Positions 1 through 18,647 are shown, counted from the stretch's first letter. The stretch: 64,000 nucleotides of DNA from Eledone cirrhosa (GCA_964016885.1 CAXHJY010000803.1:1-64000); one strand, 5' to 3'. Made by a program: numbers and translations. The notes: generated by a model not told the origin, from the letters alone.

Positions 1-610
<610 letters not shown>

Positions 611-713
611 GTGTGTATGTATGAAAACTTGAAGCACCGGGTACCCTCAAATATTTAATCTACAAATAGAAACATTTCAACAATATTTATAACATTATTA
701 TCCTTTACACAAG

Positions 714-907
714 GGTGGTGGATTGGCAGTACCGGTAGAGGGTCGGGCACAATGCTTTGACGCATAGAGTTACGGCCCTTGCCATTCTGAGTTCAAATCC
801 CGCCGAGGTTAACTTTGCCTTTCATCCTTACGGGGTCGATAAAATAAAGTACCAGTAATGCACTGGTTGATTGCTGGCCTTGTGCCTAAAGTAGTAACAA
901 TTATTAT
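714..907 (+). mobile_element. tRNA-derived SINE (family A, Deu/Nin-like core)
   Basis: A-box-like TGGCAGTACCGG, B-box GAGTTCAAATCC, core ...GCCTTTCATCCTTACGGGGTCGATAAAATAAAGTACCAG..., ATT tail; about 25 related copies in the window. Confidence 0.9.
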
Positions 908-1094
908 CCTTTACACAACTTTACATAAAATCTAAATATCTTTAACTAATCTAAAATTTACTCCAACCCATTTCAGTTCTAACAACACAAGCTGCAGCTG
1001 TATCTATCAGAACAACTCTCCACTCGATCACAAATCCAAAACTGATTTTCTTAAGCATTATTCTACTGTAGAGAGTAATCCCCATTGTATGGTT

Positions 1095-1445
1095 CTATTT
1101 GTAAAGCAGTCCATTTGCTGTCAACACCCTTTACACTGAGGGTTAGGCATGCCATGGCAAACATGCGCTGAGAGCTCGGCATCTCCAGATATGTCTAAAC
1201 ACTGAACAGGTGTGGTCACCGCTTGTGAGACAGACCTTTCTGCAACTCGTTTCTTTCATTTGACTGAGCTGCAGTCAAGTGAAGAGCGAGATTGAGAGCC
1301 AAGTATCTGGAATGTTGTCAGGCTTCACAGTCCTCTGCCAGTCAAGAAATGTGGTCACTGGGAATTCCACTGTAGAGTTGTATAGAAGACTAGAGGTGGG
1401 CAACAGCGACGACGTTCTCGGAGAAACTCTAGGCATTGAACCTGT
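1095..1445 (+). mobile_element. Degenerate Tx1/L1-type LINE ORF2 fragment (post-RT region)
   Basis: Translates to VKQSICCQHPLH*GLGMPW ... EQVWSPLVRQTF ... TVLCQSRNVVTGNSTVELYRRLEVGNSDDVLGETLG, with a stop and frameshifts; P-x-x-GGLG-x-P motif typical of L1/Tx1 ORF2. Confidence 0.7.
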
Positions 1446-1520
1446 AGGCTGGGGAGTTGCAAGAGGGAAGGGGCACCTTACTATGGTGCTCTAGGAATTG
1501 GGGGGGGGGGGGGTAGATAG

Positions 1521-1735
1521 ATTTCTAATTGAGATAGAAGACCAGCAAACTTGGGGGAGGGAAAAGTCGATTACATCAACCTCAGTACTCCATTGTTACT
1601 TTATTGTGTCGGCCGCGGGAAGATAAAATGTAAAATTGACGGTGGCAGGATTCGATCTCAGAATGTAAAGTACCAGAAGAAATAACGTAATGGAAATAAC
1701 TCCTACGGTCTACCAATTCTGTCAATTGACCGCTG
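1521..1735 (-). mobile_element. Diverged family A SINE
   Basis: Reverse complement shows the SINE head, B box and 3' end, heavily mutated. Confidence 0.75.
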
Positions 1736-1737
1736 TT

Positions 1738-1948
1738 GATAGTTAGTCTGGCAGACGATATTTAGACTGTTATATGGATAGTTAGAGTGACAGACGATAT
1801 TTAGACTATTATATGGATAGTTAGTGTGGCAGACGATATTTAGACTATTATATGGATAGCTAGAGTGGCAGACGATATTTAGACTATTATATGGATAGTT
1901 AGAGTGACAGACGATATTTAGACTATTATATGGATAGTTAGAGTGGCA
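1738..1948. repeat. 39-bp minisatellite (~5 units)
   Basis: Unit GATAGTTAGAGTGGCAGACGATATTTAGACTATTATATG; 13-aa periodicity in ORF 1703..2104. Confidence 0.95.
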
Positions 1949-2059
1949 GTTAGGTGAGGTCAACAACCGAACAACACAGATCGACGTCGGTGACTTCTTT
2001 TGATGTAAACAAATCGAACAAAGAAGGAATGTGACAAAATAATTGATACATGCACAAAT

Positions 2060-7094
<5,035 letters not shown>

Positions 7095-8400
7095 GTGTGT
7101 ATGTATGAAAACTTGAAGCACCGGGTACCCTCAAATATTTAATCTACAAATAGAAACATTTCAACAATATTTATAACATTATTATCCTTTACACAAGGGT
7201 GGTGGATTGGCAGTACCGGTAGAGGGTCGGGCACAATGCTTTGACGCATAGAGTTACGGCCCTTGCCATTCTGAGTTCAAATCCCGCCGAGGTTAACTTT
7301 GCCTTTCATCCTTACGGGGTCGATAAAATAAAGTACCAGTAATGCACTGGTTGATTGCTGGCCTTGTGCCTAAAGTAGTAACAATTATTATCCTTTACAC
7401 AACTTTACATAAAATCTAAATATCTTTAACTAATCTAAAATTTACTCCAACCCATTTCAGTTCTAACAACACAAGCTGCAGCTGTATCTATCAGAACAAC
7501 TCTCCACTCGATCACAAATCCAAAACTGATTTTCTTAAGCATTATTCTACTGTAGAGAGTAATCCCCATTGTATGGTTCTATTTGTAAAGCAGTCCATTT
7601 GCTGTCAACACCCTTTACACTGAGGGTTAGGCATGCCATGGCAAACATGCGCTGAGAGCTCGGCATCTCCAGATATGTCTAAACACTGAACAGGTGTGGT
7701 CACCGCTTGTGAGACAGACCTTTCTGCAACTCGTTTCTTTCATTTGACTGAGCTGCAGTCAAGTGAAGAGCGAGATTGAGAGCCAAGTATCTGGAATGTT
7801 GTCAGGCTTCACAGTCCTCTGCCAGTCAAGAAATGTGGTCACTGGGAATTCCACTGTAGAGTTGTATAGAAGACTAGAGGTGGGCAACAGCGACGACGTT
7901 CTCGGAGAAACTCTAGGCATTGAACCTGTAGGCTGGGGAGTTGCAAGAGGGAAGGGGCACCTTACTATGGTGCTCTAGGAATTGGGGGGGGGGGTAGATA
8001 GATTTCTAATTGAGATAGAAGACCAGCAAACTTGGGGGAGGGAAAAGTCGATTACATCAACCTCAGTACTCCATTGTTACTTTATTGTGTCGGCCGCGGG
8101 AAGATAAAATGTAAAATTGACGGTGGCAGGATTCGATCTCAGAATGTAAAGTACCAGAAGAAATAACGTAATGGAAATAACTCCTACGGTCTACCAATTC
8201 TGTCAATTGACCGCTGTTGATAGTTAGTCTGGCAGACGATATTTAGACTGTTATATGGATAGTTAGAGTGACAGACGATATTTAGACTATTATATGGATA
8301 GTTAGTGTGGCAGACGATATTTAGACTATTATATGGATAGTTAGAGTGGCAGACGATATTTAGACTGTTATATGGATAGTTAGAGTGGCAGACGATATTT
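7095..8400 (+). repeat. Near-identical duplicated segment, copy 2 (SINE 7198-7391, Tx1 fragment 7579-7929, minus-strand SINE 8002-8216)
   Basis: Matches 611-1948. Confidence 0.95.
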
Positions 8401-9132
8401 AGACTATTATATGGATAGTTAGTGTGACAGACGATATTTAGACTATTATATGGATAGTTAGAGTGGCAGACGATATTTAGACTGTTATATGGATAGTTAG
8501 AGTGACAGACGATATTTAGACTATTATATGGATAGTTAGTGTGGCAGACGATATTTAGACTATTATATGGATAGTTAGAGTGGCAGACGATATTTAGACT
8601 GTTATATGGATAGTTAGAGTGACAGACGATATTTAGACTGTTATATGGATAGTTAGAGTGGCAGACGATATTTAGACTGTTATATGGATAGTTAGAGTGG
8701 CAGACGATATTTAGACTGTTATATGGATAGTTAGAGTGGCAGACGATATTTAGACTGTTATATGGATAGTTAGAGTGGCAGACGATATTTAGACTGTTAT
8801 ATGGATAGTTAGAGTGACAGACGATATTTAGACTATTATATGGATAGTTAGAGTGGCAGACGATATTTAGACTATTATATGGATAGTTAGTGTGGCAGAC
8901 GATATTTAGACTGTTATATGGATAGTTAGAGTGGCAGACGATATTTAGACTGTTATATGGATAGTTAGAGTGGCAGACGATATTTAGACTGTTATATGGA
9001 TAGTTAGAGTGGCAGACGATATTTAGACTGTTATATGGATAGTTAGAGTGGCAGACGATATTTAGACTGTTATATGGATAGTTAGAGTGGCAGACGATAT
9101 TTAGACTGTTATATGGATAGTTAGAGTGACAG
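8219..9132. repeat. 39-bp minisatellite (~23 units)
   Basis: Same unit as 1738-1948, expanded. Confidence 0.97.
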
Positions 9133-9226
9133 AAGGAGATATAGAGAGATAGGTGGGTGGGTAGGTAGGTAGGTAGGTAGGGAGGTGGGTAGGTAGGTAG
9201 GTAGGTATATAGATAGATATATATGT

Positions 9227-9782
9227 TTCTTTATTAGCCACAGGGGCACAAAAGAAGGGGACAAATACAAAGGGGGAAGTTTACATACAATAAAAACGTG
9301 TAAAATACTATCACAAATGCAATTTAAAAATTAATCGATTTTCCCCAATAGGGGGAGACATTACATATGGGTAACACATACCCCCGAAAAATGTGCAACC
9401 CTCATCTCCAGGAGTACGAAGAGTGAGTACTCCTTTCCTCTCTTCCTCTTTTTCCTCAACCTACAGGCTGATATAGAGAGAAGGCCCATTCACTCGGGCC
9501 ATTCTCGCCACTTTCACCCACCTTTCATAAAACTTGCTGGGGTACAGCACCTCTCTCTCCATCCTGGGGTACAGCACCTCTCTCTCCATCCTGATTCTTC
9601 TTCCAAAGTGGTATTTGAAAAAAAGAATCAGTTGTTGGTCGGAGAGAAAGGTGTCTGACCTCAGCCCTTTCAACCTTGTCCACCATACAACCTCTTTCGC
9701 CATAGCCATAACACATAGGAAAACCGCCGCTGCTTCGTTTTTGAAGGAGGGTAGCGGTTTGATCATGACAATGGACTCGGTG

Positions 9783-9785
<3 letters not shown>
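9227..9785 (-). mobile_element. 3' end of a Tx1/L1-type LINE (ORF2 C-terminus and 3' UTR)
   Basis: Minus frame STESIVMIKPLPSFKNEAAAVFLCVMAMAKEVVWWTRLKGL...FYERWVKVARMARVNG; AATAAAGAAA terminus on the minus strand; internal 27-bp in-frame duplication; flanked by GATA repeats. Confidence 0.75.
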
Positions 9786-9823
<38 letters not shown>

Positions 9824-9877
9824 ACAGACAGACAGACAGATAGATAGACAGATAAATAGATAGATAGATACCCACTC

Positions 9878-9909
<32 letters not shown>

Positions 9910-9946
9910 TACCGAGAACGGGGGTGAGATATAGATATATAAATAG

Positions 9947-10136
9947 AATTGTTTCTACTTTAGGCACAAGGCCAGCAATTACCCAGTGCATTACTGGTAC
10001 TTTATTTTATCGACCCCGTAAGGATGAAAGGCAAAGTCAACCTCGGCGGGATTTGAACTCAGATCGTAAAGGGACGTAACTATGCTGGAAAGCATGGCGT
10101 CCGACCCTCTACCGATACTGCCAATCCACCACCCTT
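9947..10136 (-). mobile_element. Family A SINE, young copy
   Basis: Near-perfect reverse complement of 13547-13735 and 42769-42953. Confidence 0.92.
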
Positions 10137-10394
10137 ATAGATATATAAATAGAATGATAGATAAATAGATAGATGGATAGAGAGAGAGAGATGGAGAGAG
10201 ATACAGATAGATAGATAGACAGGCGGATAGTAACTAATCAAACAAACTGATGTGAGAAAGTTTGGTGGGATGAGATGTAGAGGCATTCATGCTGTAATGA
10301 TGTGGATTCGTTTGATATTAGCAACATATGGTATATTGCAGTAGGTTGTAGAGAAATCCATAGAATTTAGATGACAAACTGATGGGACGTTATG

Positions 10395-10990
10395 CTGGTG
10401 GTGGTGGGGGTGATGGCGGTGGTGATGATGGTGGTGGTGGTGGTGGGGGGGTGATGGCGGTGGTGATGATGGTGGTGATGGTGGTGGTGGTGATGATGGT
10501 GGTGGTGATGGTGGTGGTGGTGTTAGTGGTGCTGGTAGCGGCGGTGCTGCTACTGTAGGTGGTTGGGTGGTGGTGGTGGTGGTAGTTGTGCTGCTGCTGT
10601 TACTGCTGTAGGTGGTGTTGGTGGTGGGGGTGGGGGTGTTGGTGGTGGTGGTAGTGGTGGTGGTGGTGATAGTTGTGCTGCGGCTGTTACTGCTGTAGGT
10701 GGTGTTGGTGGTGGGGGTGGGGGTGGTGGGGATGGTGGTGTAGGTGGTGTTGGTGGGGGTGTTGGTGGTGGTGGTGGTGGTGGTGGGGATGGTGGTGTAG
10801 GTGGTGTTGGTGGGGGTGTTGGTGGTGGGGGTGTTGGTGAAATGATTTTTTGTTTCCTTCTCAGTGAAGCGGCGGTCGGTCAGGTGATATTCCTAAGACT
10901 TGGATACTATGACGACGATGATGATGATGATTAGGGGGCGGTTGTTGCGGTGGTGGTGGTGGTGGTGGTGGTGGTGGTGGTGGTAGCGGC
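10395..10990. repeat. (GGT)n-rich trinucleotide low-complexity tract
   Basis: Direct composition. Confidence 0.9.
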
Positions 10991-11014
10991 GTTGTTATTG
11001 TCGGACTGTGTGCG

Positions 11015-11089
<75 letters not shown>

Positions 11090-11111
11090 ATGTGTGTGTG
11101 TACGTGTGTGT

Positions 11112-11160
<49 letters not shown>

Positions 11161-11322
11161 TCTCGTTTCTTCAGAGATTAGGTTGGGTAGAAAGGGGCTA
11201 CAATTCTCCCCTGATCAATGTAGGAGGAGTATAGGAGAAGAGGGAGGAGGGGGTGATGGGGGGGAGATGTAGAATGAAGGGAGGGGGAAGAAAAACAGAG
11301 TGAAGCGGAGGGGGAGAGCGAT

Positions 11323-11359
<37 letters not shown>

Positions 11360-11803
11360 AGAAGGAGGGATTGTAGGGATGCAGTCAAGAATGTAAATAT
11401 TCATTGCAATGGGCCAGGATGCCATATCACGTGTGCCTGCCTGAAATTGTGTGGGAGGACATGCATACGCATGCGTTCCTCAGGTGTGTGTATGTGTGTT
11501 TGCGGCGGTGTATGAGTGTGTTTGCGTATGAGTGTGTGTGTGCATGTATATATGTGATGTGCTTGTGTGCGTATGTGCGTGTGCATGCATTGGTTTGGAT
11601 GTATGTAGGTGAGCCTGGTTCTGTCTGGGAATGTATGTGTGTGTATGAGTGTCTGCTTGTCTGTGTGTGTATGTATGTGTGTGTGCGTGAGTGTCTGCTT
11701 ATCCGTCTGTGTATGTATGTGTATGTGCGTGAGTGTCTGCTTGTCTGTGTGTGTGTATGTATGTGTGTGTGTGCGTGAGTGTCTGCTTGTCTGTGTGTGT
11801 GTA

Positions 11804-11847
<44 letters not shown>

Positions 11848-12119
11848 AGTGGCTGCTTGTCTGTGTATGCATGTGTGTGTGCGTGAGTGGCTGCTTGTAT
11901 GTGTGTGTGTGAGTGTCTGTGTGTATGTGCGTGTGTGTGTGTTTCTGTATATGTGTGTGTGTGAGTGCCTGTTTGTCTGTGTGTGTGATAGAGTGAGCAT
12001 GTGCGTATATATGTGTGTATGCATGTATGTGTGAGTGTGTGTACGTTTATGTATGAGTATCTCACTGAACGTATTTGTACGTGGGTATAGTCTGCATTTG
12101 ATTATCAATATATTGGAAG

Positions 12120-12202
<83 letters not shown>

Positions 12203-12334
12203 CGTGTGTATATATATATATAATATATATTTATATATATATATATATATATACATACATAGATGTATATATATATATACATTATATAATATATATATAT
12301 ATATACATTATATAATATATATGTATATACAAAC

Positions 12335-12440
<106 letters not shown>

Positions 12441-12579
12441 CATATGCGTGTGTATATATATATATATCATATATATTTATATATATATCATATATATGTA
12501 TATACATAGATGTATATATATATACATTATATAATATATATATACAAACTATATATATATATACACACGCACATACTAT

Positions 12580-12611
<32 letters not shown>

Positions 12612-12917
12612 GTGTGTGTGTGTATATAAATATATATATATATATAACCATGCAGGAATATGCATAGATATGTAGATATCTATGCATATTCCTGCATGTC
12701 TCGTGATTCTCAGCAGACATGCAGGACATGTCTATATATAGAAACACATGCACATCTATATATGTATTCAAATACTGCCATACATGTAGGCCCTCACATA
12801 CAGACACACACATAGATATATAGGCCCACACATACAGACAAGTTATTCCACAAATACATCCACATATATACATCGATAAATATATGCTTAAATATATACA
12901 TATATATATTTATATAT

Positions 12918-13170
12918 AAAAAAGATGAAATCGAAAATGCAACTGGAGTCTTTTTTTTTTTACAAAATATATATATTTATTTGGTTCCTTTACCGGTTTC
13001 GCAGTTCTTCTGCTTTTCTAAAGTAGTGTTGAGATGGAGGGTCTGTGGTTTTTCTCACAGATGTGAGAAAAACCACAGACCCTCCATCTCAACCGGTAAA
13101 GGAACCAAATAAATATATATATATTTTTTAAAATAAGACTCCAGTTGCATTTTCGATTTCATCTTTTTTT
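12918..13170. repeat. Long fold-back palindrome, probably a Penelope-like terminal repeat
   Basis: Arms AAAAGATGAAATCGAAAATGCAACTGGAGTC...CTCACA / TGTGAG...GACTCCAGTTGCATTTTCGATTTCATCTTTT; the left arm carries an extra segment reading GCAG-AAGAA-CTGC-GAAA-CCGG-TA on the minus strand. Confidence 0.8.
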
Positions 13171-13216
13171 CTTTATACTTTCACTCGTTATTTTTCATTT
13201 TGTAAAAAAACCTCAC

Positions 13217-13297
<81 letters not shown>

Positions 13298-13399
13298 GAA
13301 GTTATATTTAATTTGTTGGGATTCAACAGTATCCAGCGAACCTTCAATCGTCAAAGTTGTTTTTCTACGGCTATGTCAACATTTATAAAACATATTTTG

Positions 13400-13464
13400 T
13401 ATTTTATCTGATGAAAGCGCACCAAAATAGCCTTGGTTGCCCTTGAAATATATATAATAAAATA
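13400..13464 (+). ncRNA. Minimal type I hammerhead ribozyme (Penelope-like/retrozyme type)
   Basis: Stem I TATTTTAT (13400-07) / ATAAAATA (13457-64); core CTGATGA (13408-14); imperfect stem II AAGCGCACCAA/TTGGTTGCCCTT; GAAA (13445-48); palindromic stem III A-TATATA-T; UH = UA. Confidence 0.7.
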
Positions 13465-13546
13465 ATTATGGTTTTATAAATATAGTTTCCATTTATTAAT
13501 ATATAGGTTTTTTACAAAATATATTATTAATATATTATTAACATAT

Positions 13547-13735
13547 AGGCGGTAAATTGGCAGTATCGGTAGAGGGTCGGACATACTTTCCAGCATAGTT
13601 ACGTCCCATTACGATCTGAGTTCAAATCCTGCCGAGGTTAACTTTGCTTTTCATCCTTACAGGGTCGATAAAATAAAGTACCAGTAATGTACTGGGTAAT
13701 TGCTGGCCTTGTGCCTAAAGTAGAAACAATTATTA
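13547..13735 (+). mobile_element. Family A SINE
   Basis: A/B boxes and conserved core; flanks share TATTAAYATATAG. Confidence 0.92.
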
Positions 13736-13802
13736 ATATATAGTTTTTTTTACAAAATGAAAAATATCCGAGGTTATATATATATATATGTGTGTGTATA
13801 TA

Positions 13803-13834
<32 letters not shown>

Positions 13835-14209
13835 ATTATATATATATATATATATATGGTTTTATAAATATAGTTGCCATTTATTAACATATTGAATATT
13901 TACTCCAGTAATCTGTTGAGTGCTTTATATCAGTTATAAAACTTTTATGCTTGTTGAATCCCAACAAATTAAATATAATTTCTGCATATATATATATATT
14001 TGCTTATGTGTGTGATGGTGTTAGTGTGTGTTGTGTGTGTCTGTGTGTGTATGTGTGTGCATATATGTGTGTGGCTGTATGTGTGTGTGTGTGTGTATAT
14101 ATGTGTGTGTCTGTCTCTGTGTGTGTGTGTATATGTATGTGTGTCTGTCTGTCTGTGTGTGTGTGTGTATATATATGTGTCAGTCTGTCTGTGTGTGTAT
14201 GTGTGTGTG

Positions 14210-14240
<31 letters not shown>

Positions 14241-14817
14241 ATGTGTGTGTGTCTGTCTGTGTTTCTGTCTGTGTATATATATGTGTGTGCCTGTCTGTCT
14301 GTGTGTGTGTGTATGTGTGTGTATATGTATGTGTGTGTCTGTCTGTGTGTGTGTATATATGTGTGTGTGTATATATATGTGTATGTGTGTGTGTCTGTGT
14401 ATAGGTGTGTATGTGTGTGTGTGTCTGTGTGTCTGTGTGTGTATATGTGTGTGTATATATATGTGTGTGTGTGTGTGTGTCTGTGTGTATGTGTGTGTGT
14501 ATATATATGTGTGTATATGTGTGTGTGTATGTGTGTGTGTATATATATGTGTGTCTGTGTGTGTGTGTGTGTCTGTATGGGTGTGTGTGTGTATGTGTGT
14601 GTGTCTGTGTGTCTGTGTATGTGTCTGTGTGTGGCTTTGCATGAAGCAATTCCATATAATGTGCTACACCTGTGTTTATCAAGGAGTGATTTATTAGATA
14701 ACAGTAACAGCAGTACCACCACCACCACCACCACTACTACCACCAACACCACCACCACCACCACTACTACCACCACCACCACCACCACCACCACCACCAA
14801 CACCACCATCACCAACA

Positions 14818-15015
14818 ATGGGGCTCTTATGTGGTCACTCATCATGTTAGAAATAACAGTCATAGCCACTAAATCCCGCACTATTTTGTTAAGAAAAACA
14901 AAGGCCCAGATTGAACAATGCAGTTTGTTATAGAGAACATTATATCCTAGTGACAGATGAGATGGCCACGGGTGGAACAGCTTTGATCATATCATTCTTT
15001 GATGGCTGACCTTAA
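14818..15015. mobile_element. Interspersed repeat family B (probable SINE), diverged
   Basis: Similar segments (GAGATTTGGCTGCTATTT, AGGTCAGCC...CCAGCCGTGACCATC) at ~33500-33880, 42600-42720, 52205-52275 and 61255-61585. Confidence 0.55.
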
Positions 15016-15846
15016 AGTAAACATCAACACGAATAAAAACTACTACTACTACTACTACTACTATTACTACTACGACTACTACTACTACGACTACGACTAC
15101 TACTACTACTACTACTTCCACTGCCATAAAAGGAATACTGCCATAACATCAATGGTAATGTTTAAAACCACCACCACCAACAACAACAACAGCAATATTC
15201 TCAACAATAATATCAAAGTCACTAACAATAATGGCAACAACAAAAGCCACAGCGATTACTGTCACAACAACAACAACAACAACAACAGCGTGCGTGACGA
15301 GAAAACGTTCACATTAACAACAACAACAATTATATCAATTGCAACTGGAGTTGTTTCATAACAACAGCAACAACAACAACAACAACAACATCAATGGCAA
15401 CAAACAGAACACTAACATCATCAGCATCACCACTATCAATCATACTACCAACAACAACAACAACAACCATAACAGCAGCAGCAACAACAAAACAAAAACA
15501 GTAAATATTGCAATAACATTTTCCCCCTTTTATCATCACCATCAAATATAACAATAACTGCAGTAGCAGTAGCAACATCAAAAACTTACAACAACAAAGA
15601 CTACAACAGCAATAACAACAATAATAATATCAACAACAGCAATGTCAACATTAAAAGGTGAAACGGAATAAACTTTCAAGACATTACTGGAAGAGAACAA
15701 AAGTCACATGCTCGAATGACAGTTGCTAGCATCAATTGATCTTATATGTTACAGTCAGTGTAATGGCTTGTTAGATCTGTTTGTGTAAAGTTCCAGTTAA
15801 CTTATAATTAACTTCCCACCATACCACAATCTAAATCACCTACACA

Positions 15847-15903
<57 letters not shown>

Positions 15904-16144
15904 CTAAATCTCTCTTCTACATACCTTTCCTTTCTCATTCTCTCCCTCTCTCATCTTTTATTTTTTGTTTCTTTTAACTAAAAGGAATAGGGATATATTA
16001 TTAACACCGTAACTACCACGGTCACACCCACCACAACAACCACAACAATGACCACAACGACAACAACAACCACAGTGTTGTTGTATTGAGTACTAACTTC
16101 ATCTATAATATCAATGCCACCTCCACAATTATTATTGTTGTTGT

Positions 16145-16590
16145 TAGGTGGAAGGTTTGTTAAAAATATTAGAACTCCGTATAAACTACTTCACTGTGTT
16201 TCTTCTGACGTTTTATATTCTCGGTTCAAACCCTGTCGAGGTTAGCTTTGCTTTTCATCCTTACGGGGTCGATATAATAAAGTACCAGTAGCGCACTTGG
16301 GTCGACTTAATCGACTTTCCCTTACCCAAAAATTGTTGGCCTTGTGCTTAAATCAGAAACGATTATTCATCCCTTTAAGCCCGTGGCAGATGAGCAGATG
16401 AGCAGAGTTGTTAGAACGTCGGACAAATGCTTAGCAGTGTTTGTTCAGTTCCTTACGTTCTGAGTTTAAATCCCGTCGTGGTTAACTTTGCCTTTCATCC
16501 TTCAAAGGTCGATAAAATAAAACCCCAGTAAAGAACTGCTATGCATTTAATAGAGTTATCTCTTCCCTTCAAAGCACTGCCCTTGTGCTG
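16145..16590 (+). mobile_element. Two tandem older family A SINEs (16145-16368, 16383-16590)
   Basis: B-box-like motifs and CTTTCATCCTT...GTCGAT core in each. Confidence 0.8.
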
Positions 16591-17126
16591 GTCAATCATT
16601 AAAAACATCAGTTAAAAAATATACTGTAAATGAAAAATGTTGGTGTTTTGGGGAGCGAATTGTAACATTTTGACAAAGTCCTGTTTGGAATGTTCGATTT
16701 CTCTTCTTGCAGCTACAATAGCAATATCATATTTTGTAAATGTTATTGAAATATACTGGCATATTATTGATATCACATTTTCTCTGCCTCTACAATAAAA
16801 AAAATCGTCAGATCGATATAAATAGGTCCAGGTCACGAAATATCACTCACTGTAATATGTCTTTCTTTACAGAATGTTTACAAAGTCTAATTTGAGGTTT
16901 TGCCGTCGAGTCTACGAAGATCGTTATGTTTGCAACTGTAGTACTATGGTAACTGCAATATAGTTTCGATTTTTAAAGATAGATAATCATGAAGGGAACA
17001 TATTTGATCGTAACTCTTGGTGTTGGGTTAGACTACGAATAAATAACAAAAACCTTGGCTTTCGATTTTATCAACATTACTCTGGAATTTCAAGAATCTT
17101 TGTTTTTAGTATTACTAGTCTCAACA

Positions 17127-17410
17127 AGGCGGTGTATTGGCGGAATTGTTAGAGCTTCTGACAAATGTACGTTCTATGTTCAAATCCCACTGTGGTATGC
17201 TTTGCTATATATAGAATAATCTTGTCCGAGCTACACTATTTCAGAAAAGAAAGTTGCAATTTTCACGACCGGATGAATTTTAATGCTAGTGCTAAGATAA
17301 ACGATTTGGAGCTAAGCACCAACAAAAAAGAGTGATTGGTACATATATTAAACATCGTCAGAACAAAGGAAAATGAAATGTTGACGTCCACGAGATTTGA
17401 ACTCAGACCG
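17127..17410. mobile_element. Degenerate family A SINE fragments (plus 17127-17207, minus 17245-17410)
   Basis: GGCGGTGTATTGGCGGAATTGTTAG...GTTCAAATCC on plus; GATTTGAACTCAG on the opposite strand. Confidence 0.6.
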
Positions 17411-18092
17411 TATAGAGGTGTAACTCAACGTAACATTGGAGTTTGTTCTGCACTCTATATAATTTACATAATTTCAAAGTTTCGAAGATGTTAATATTGA
17501 TTTCTAACATTGGCAAAAGGCCATAAATTATGTCTGCTATATTATTTAATAGAATCCAGTTGTAAGAAGGGTGATGTAGACCGCAGTAGCAAAATGGTAA
17601 ATTCAAATTCCTATGTGGTTGACTCTCTTCATTCTCCTCTAAGCAGGTGCATAGGGGTTAGAAAGTGGCCCTAAATATATTACCTGGAATATGATGAAAC
17701 ATACTTTAAATTAAAAAAACGAAAAAAAAAATTAAAATAGAATTAAGTGAAATTTGAAATCGAAGCCAATTTAATATAATTATAATCAAAATTGATTAAT
17801 TGAAATTAATTGAAGATGAAACATATCACGTGTGCATAAATTGGTTTCCTACAGTATTAAACTAAATTTGTAATATGTCTGTGTGTGTATATATATATTA
17901 GTGTGTGTGGTGTGTGTGTTAAGATAGAAGGAATGTAAATATGTGTGGTGGGAGGGAAGTCAGGTGTTTGGAAAGTAAGGTAGAAATGAAAAAAAACGGA
18001 AGGAACTAAGACGAGTGTTCAATACAGATTAATCTAAGTTAAGAAACAGATATATGATATAGAGATAGATAGATAGATAGGTGAATAGAGAA

Positions 18093-18142
<50 letters not shown>

Positions 18143-18145
<3 letters not shown>

Positions 18146-18272
18146 TTAGCCGTCGAGGCGGCTTGAGCTCAGCCGTCGGAGTCCTACTTGTTCCTATTAC
18201 CCACTCTACTACCCTAAGTATCGAGTACTTTGGTGCGTTATGGTCCATCTGGTTCCTTACCACATTTCCTTC

Positions 18273-18277
<5 letters not shown>
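18143..18277 (+). mobile_element. (TA)n-embedded short element, family C (Penelope pLTR-like)
   Basis: Shares GCCGTCGG...CTTGTTCCTATTACCCACTCTACTAC...GTACTTTGGTGCGTTATGGTCCATCTGGTTCCTT with the copies at 20747, 35038 and 59647. Confidence 0.8.
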
Positions 18278-18340
<63 letters not shown>

Positions 18341-18647
18341 AAAATATACGGTAGTGTCCAATCTGTATGAAGAACTCAATGTAATCCAAATATCATGAAA
18401 AGAGATGTATTCAACATTTTTTCGATTAAAAACACAGGAAAACAGAGTCATTATTTCTGAAGACAGCATATATATGTGAAGGTATGTATATTCCCTCTAA
18501 TAGTTTGTAAAACTTTTACATAGATCTATATGGCATACCAATACACACATATATATCCTAGAAACGATCGTAAAATGATGAATTTTTTAATATAAGGAAC
18601 TGTTTCTTTGTTTTTATTCATTGTTTTTATTAATTTATATATATATA

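Larger units (their letters stand above)
611..1948 (+). repeat. Near-identical duplicated segment, copy 1 (copy 2 starts at 7095)
   Basis: Sequence from 611 recurs at offset 6484; identical 71-aa ORFs at 1279 and 7763; visible differences are a poly-G length and the minisatellite copy number. Confidence 0.95.

Noticed and set aside
714-810. SINE heads as tRNA genes
   Set aside because: A/B boxes are present, but there is no cloverleaf and they run into SINE bodies.
1279-1494. Duplicated 71-aa ORF as a small gene
   Set aside because: It is part of a decayed Tx1/L1 ORF2 fragment within the duplication.
8219-9132. CRISPR-like appearance of the 39-bp array (also the 37-, 20- and 42-bp arrays)
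   Set aside because: Head-to-tail repeats without unique spacers, no cas genes, eukaryotic context.
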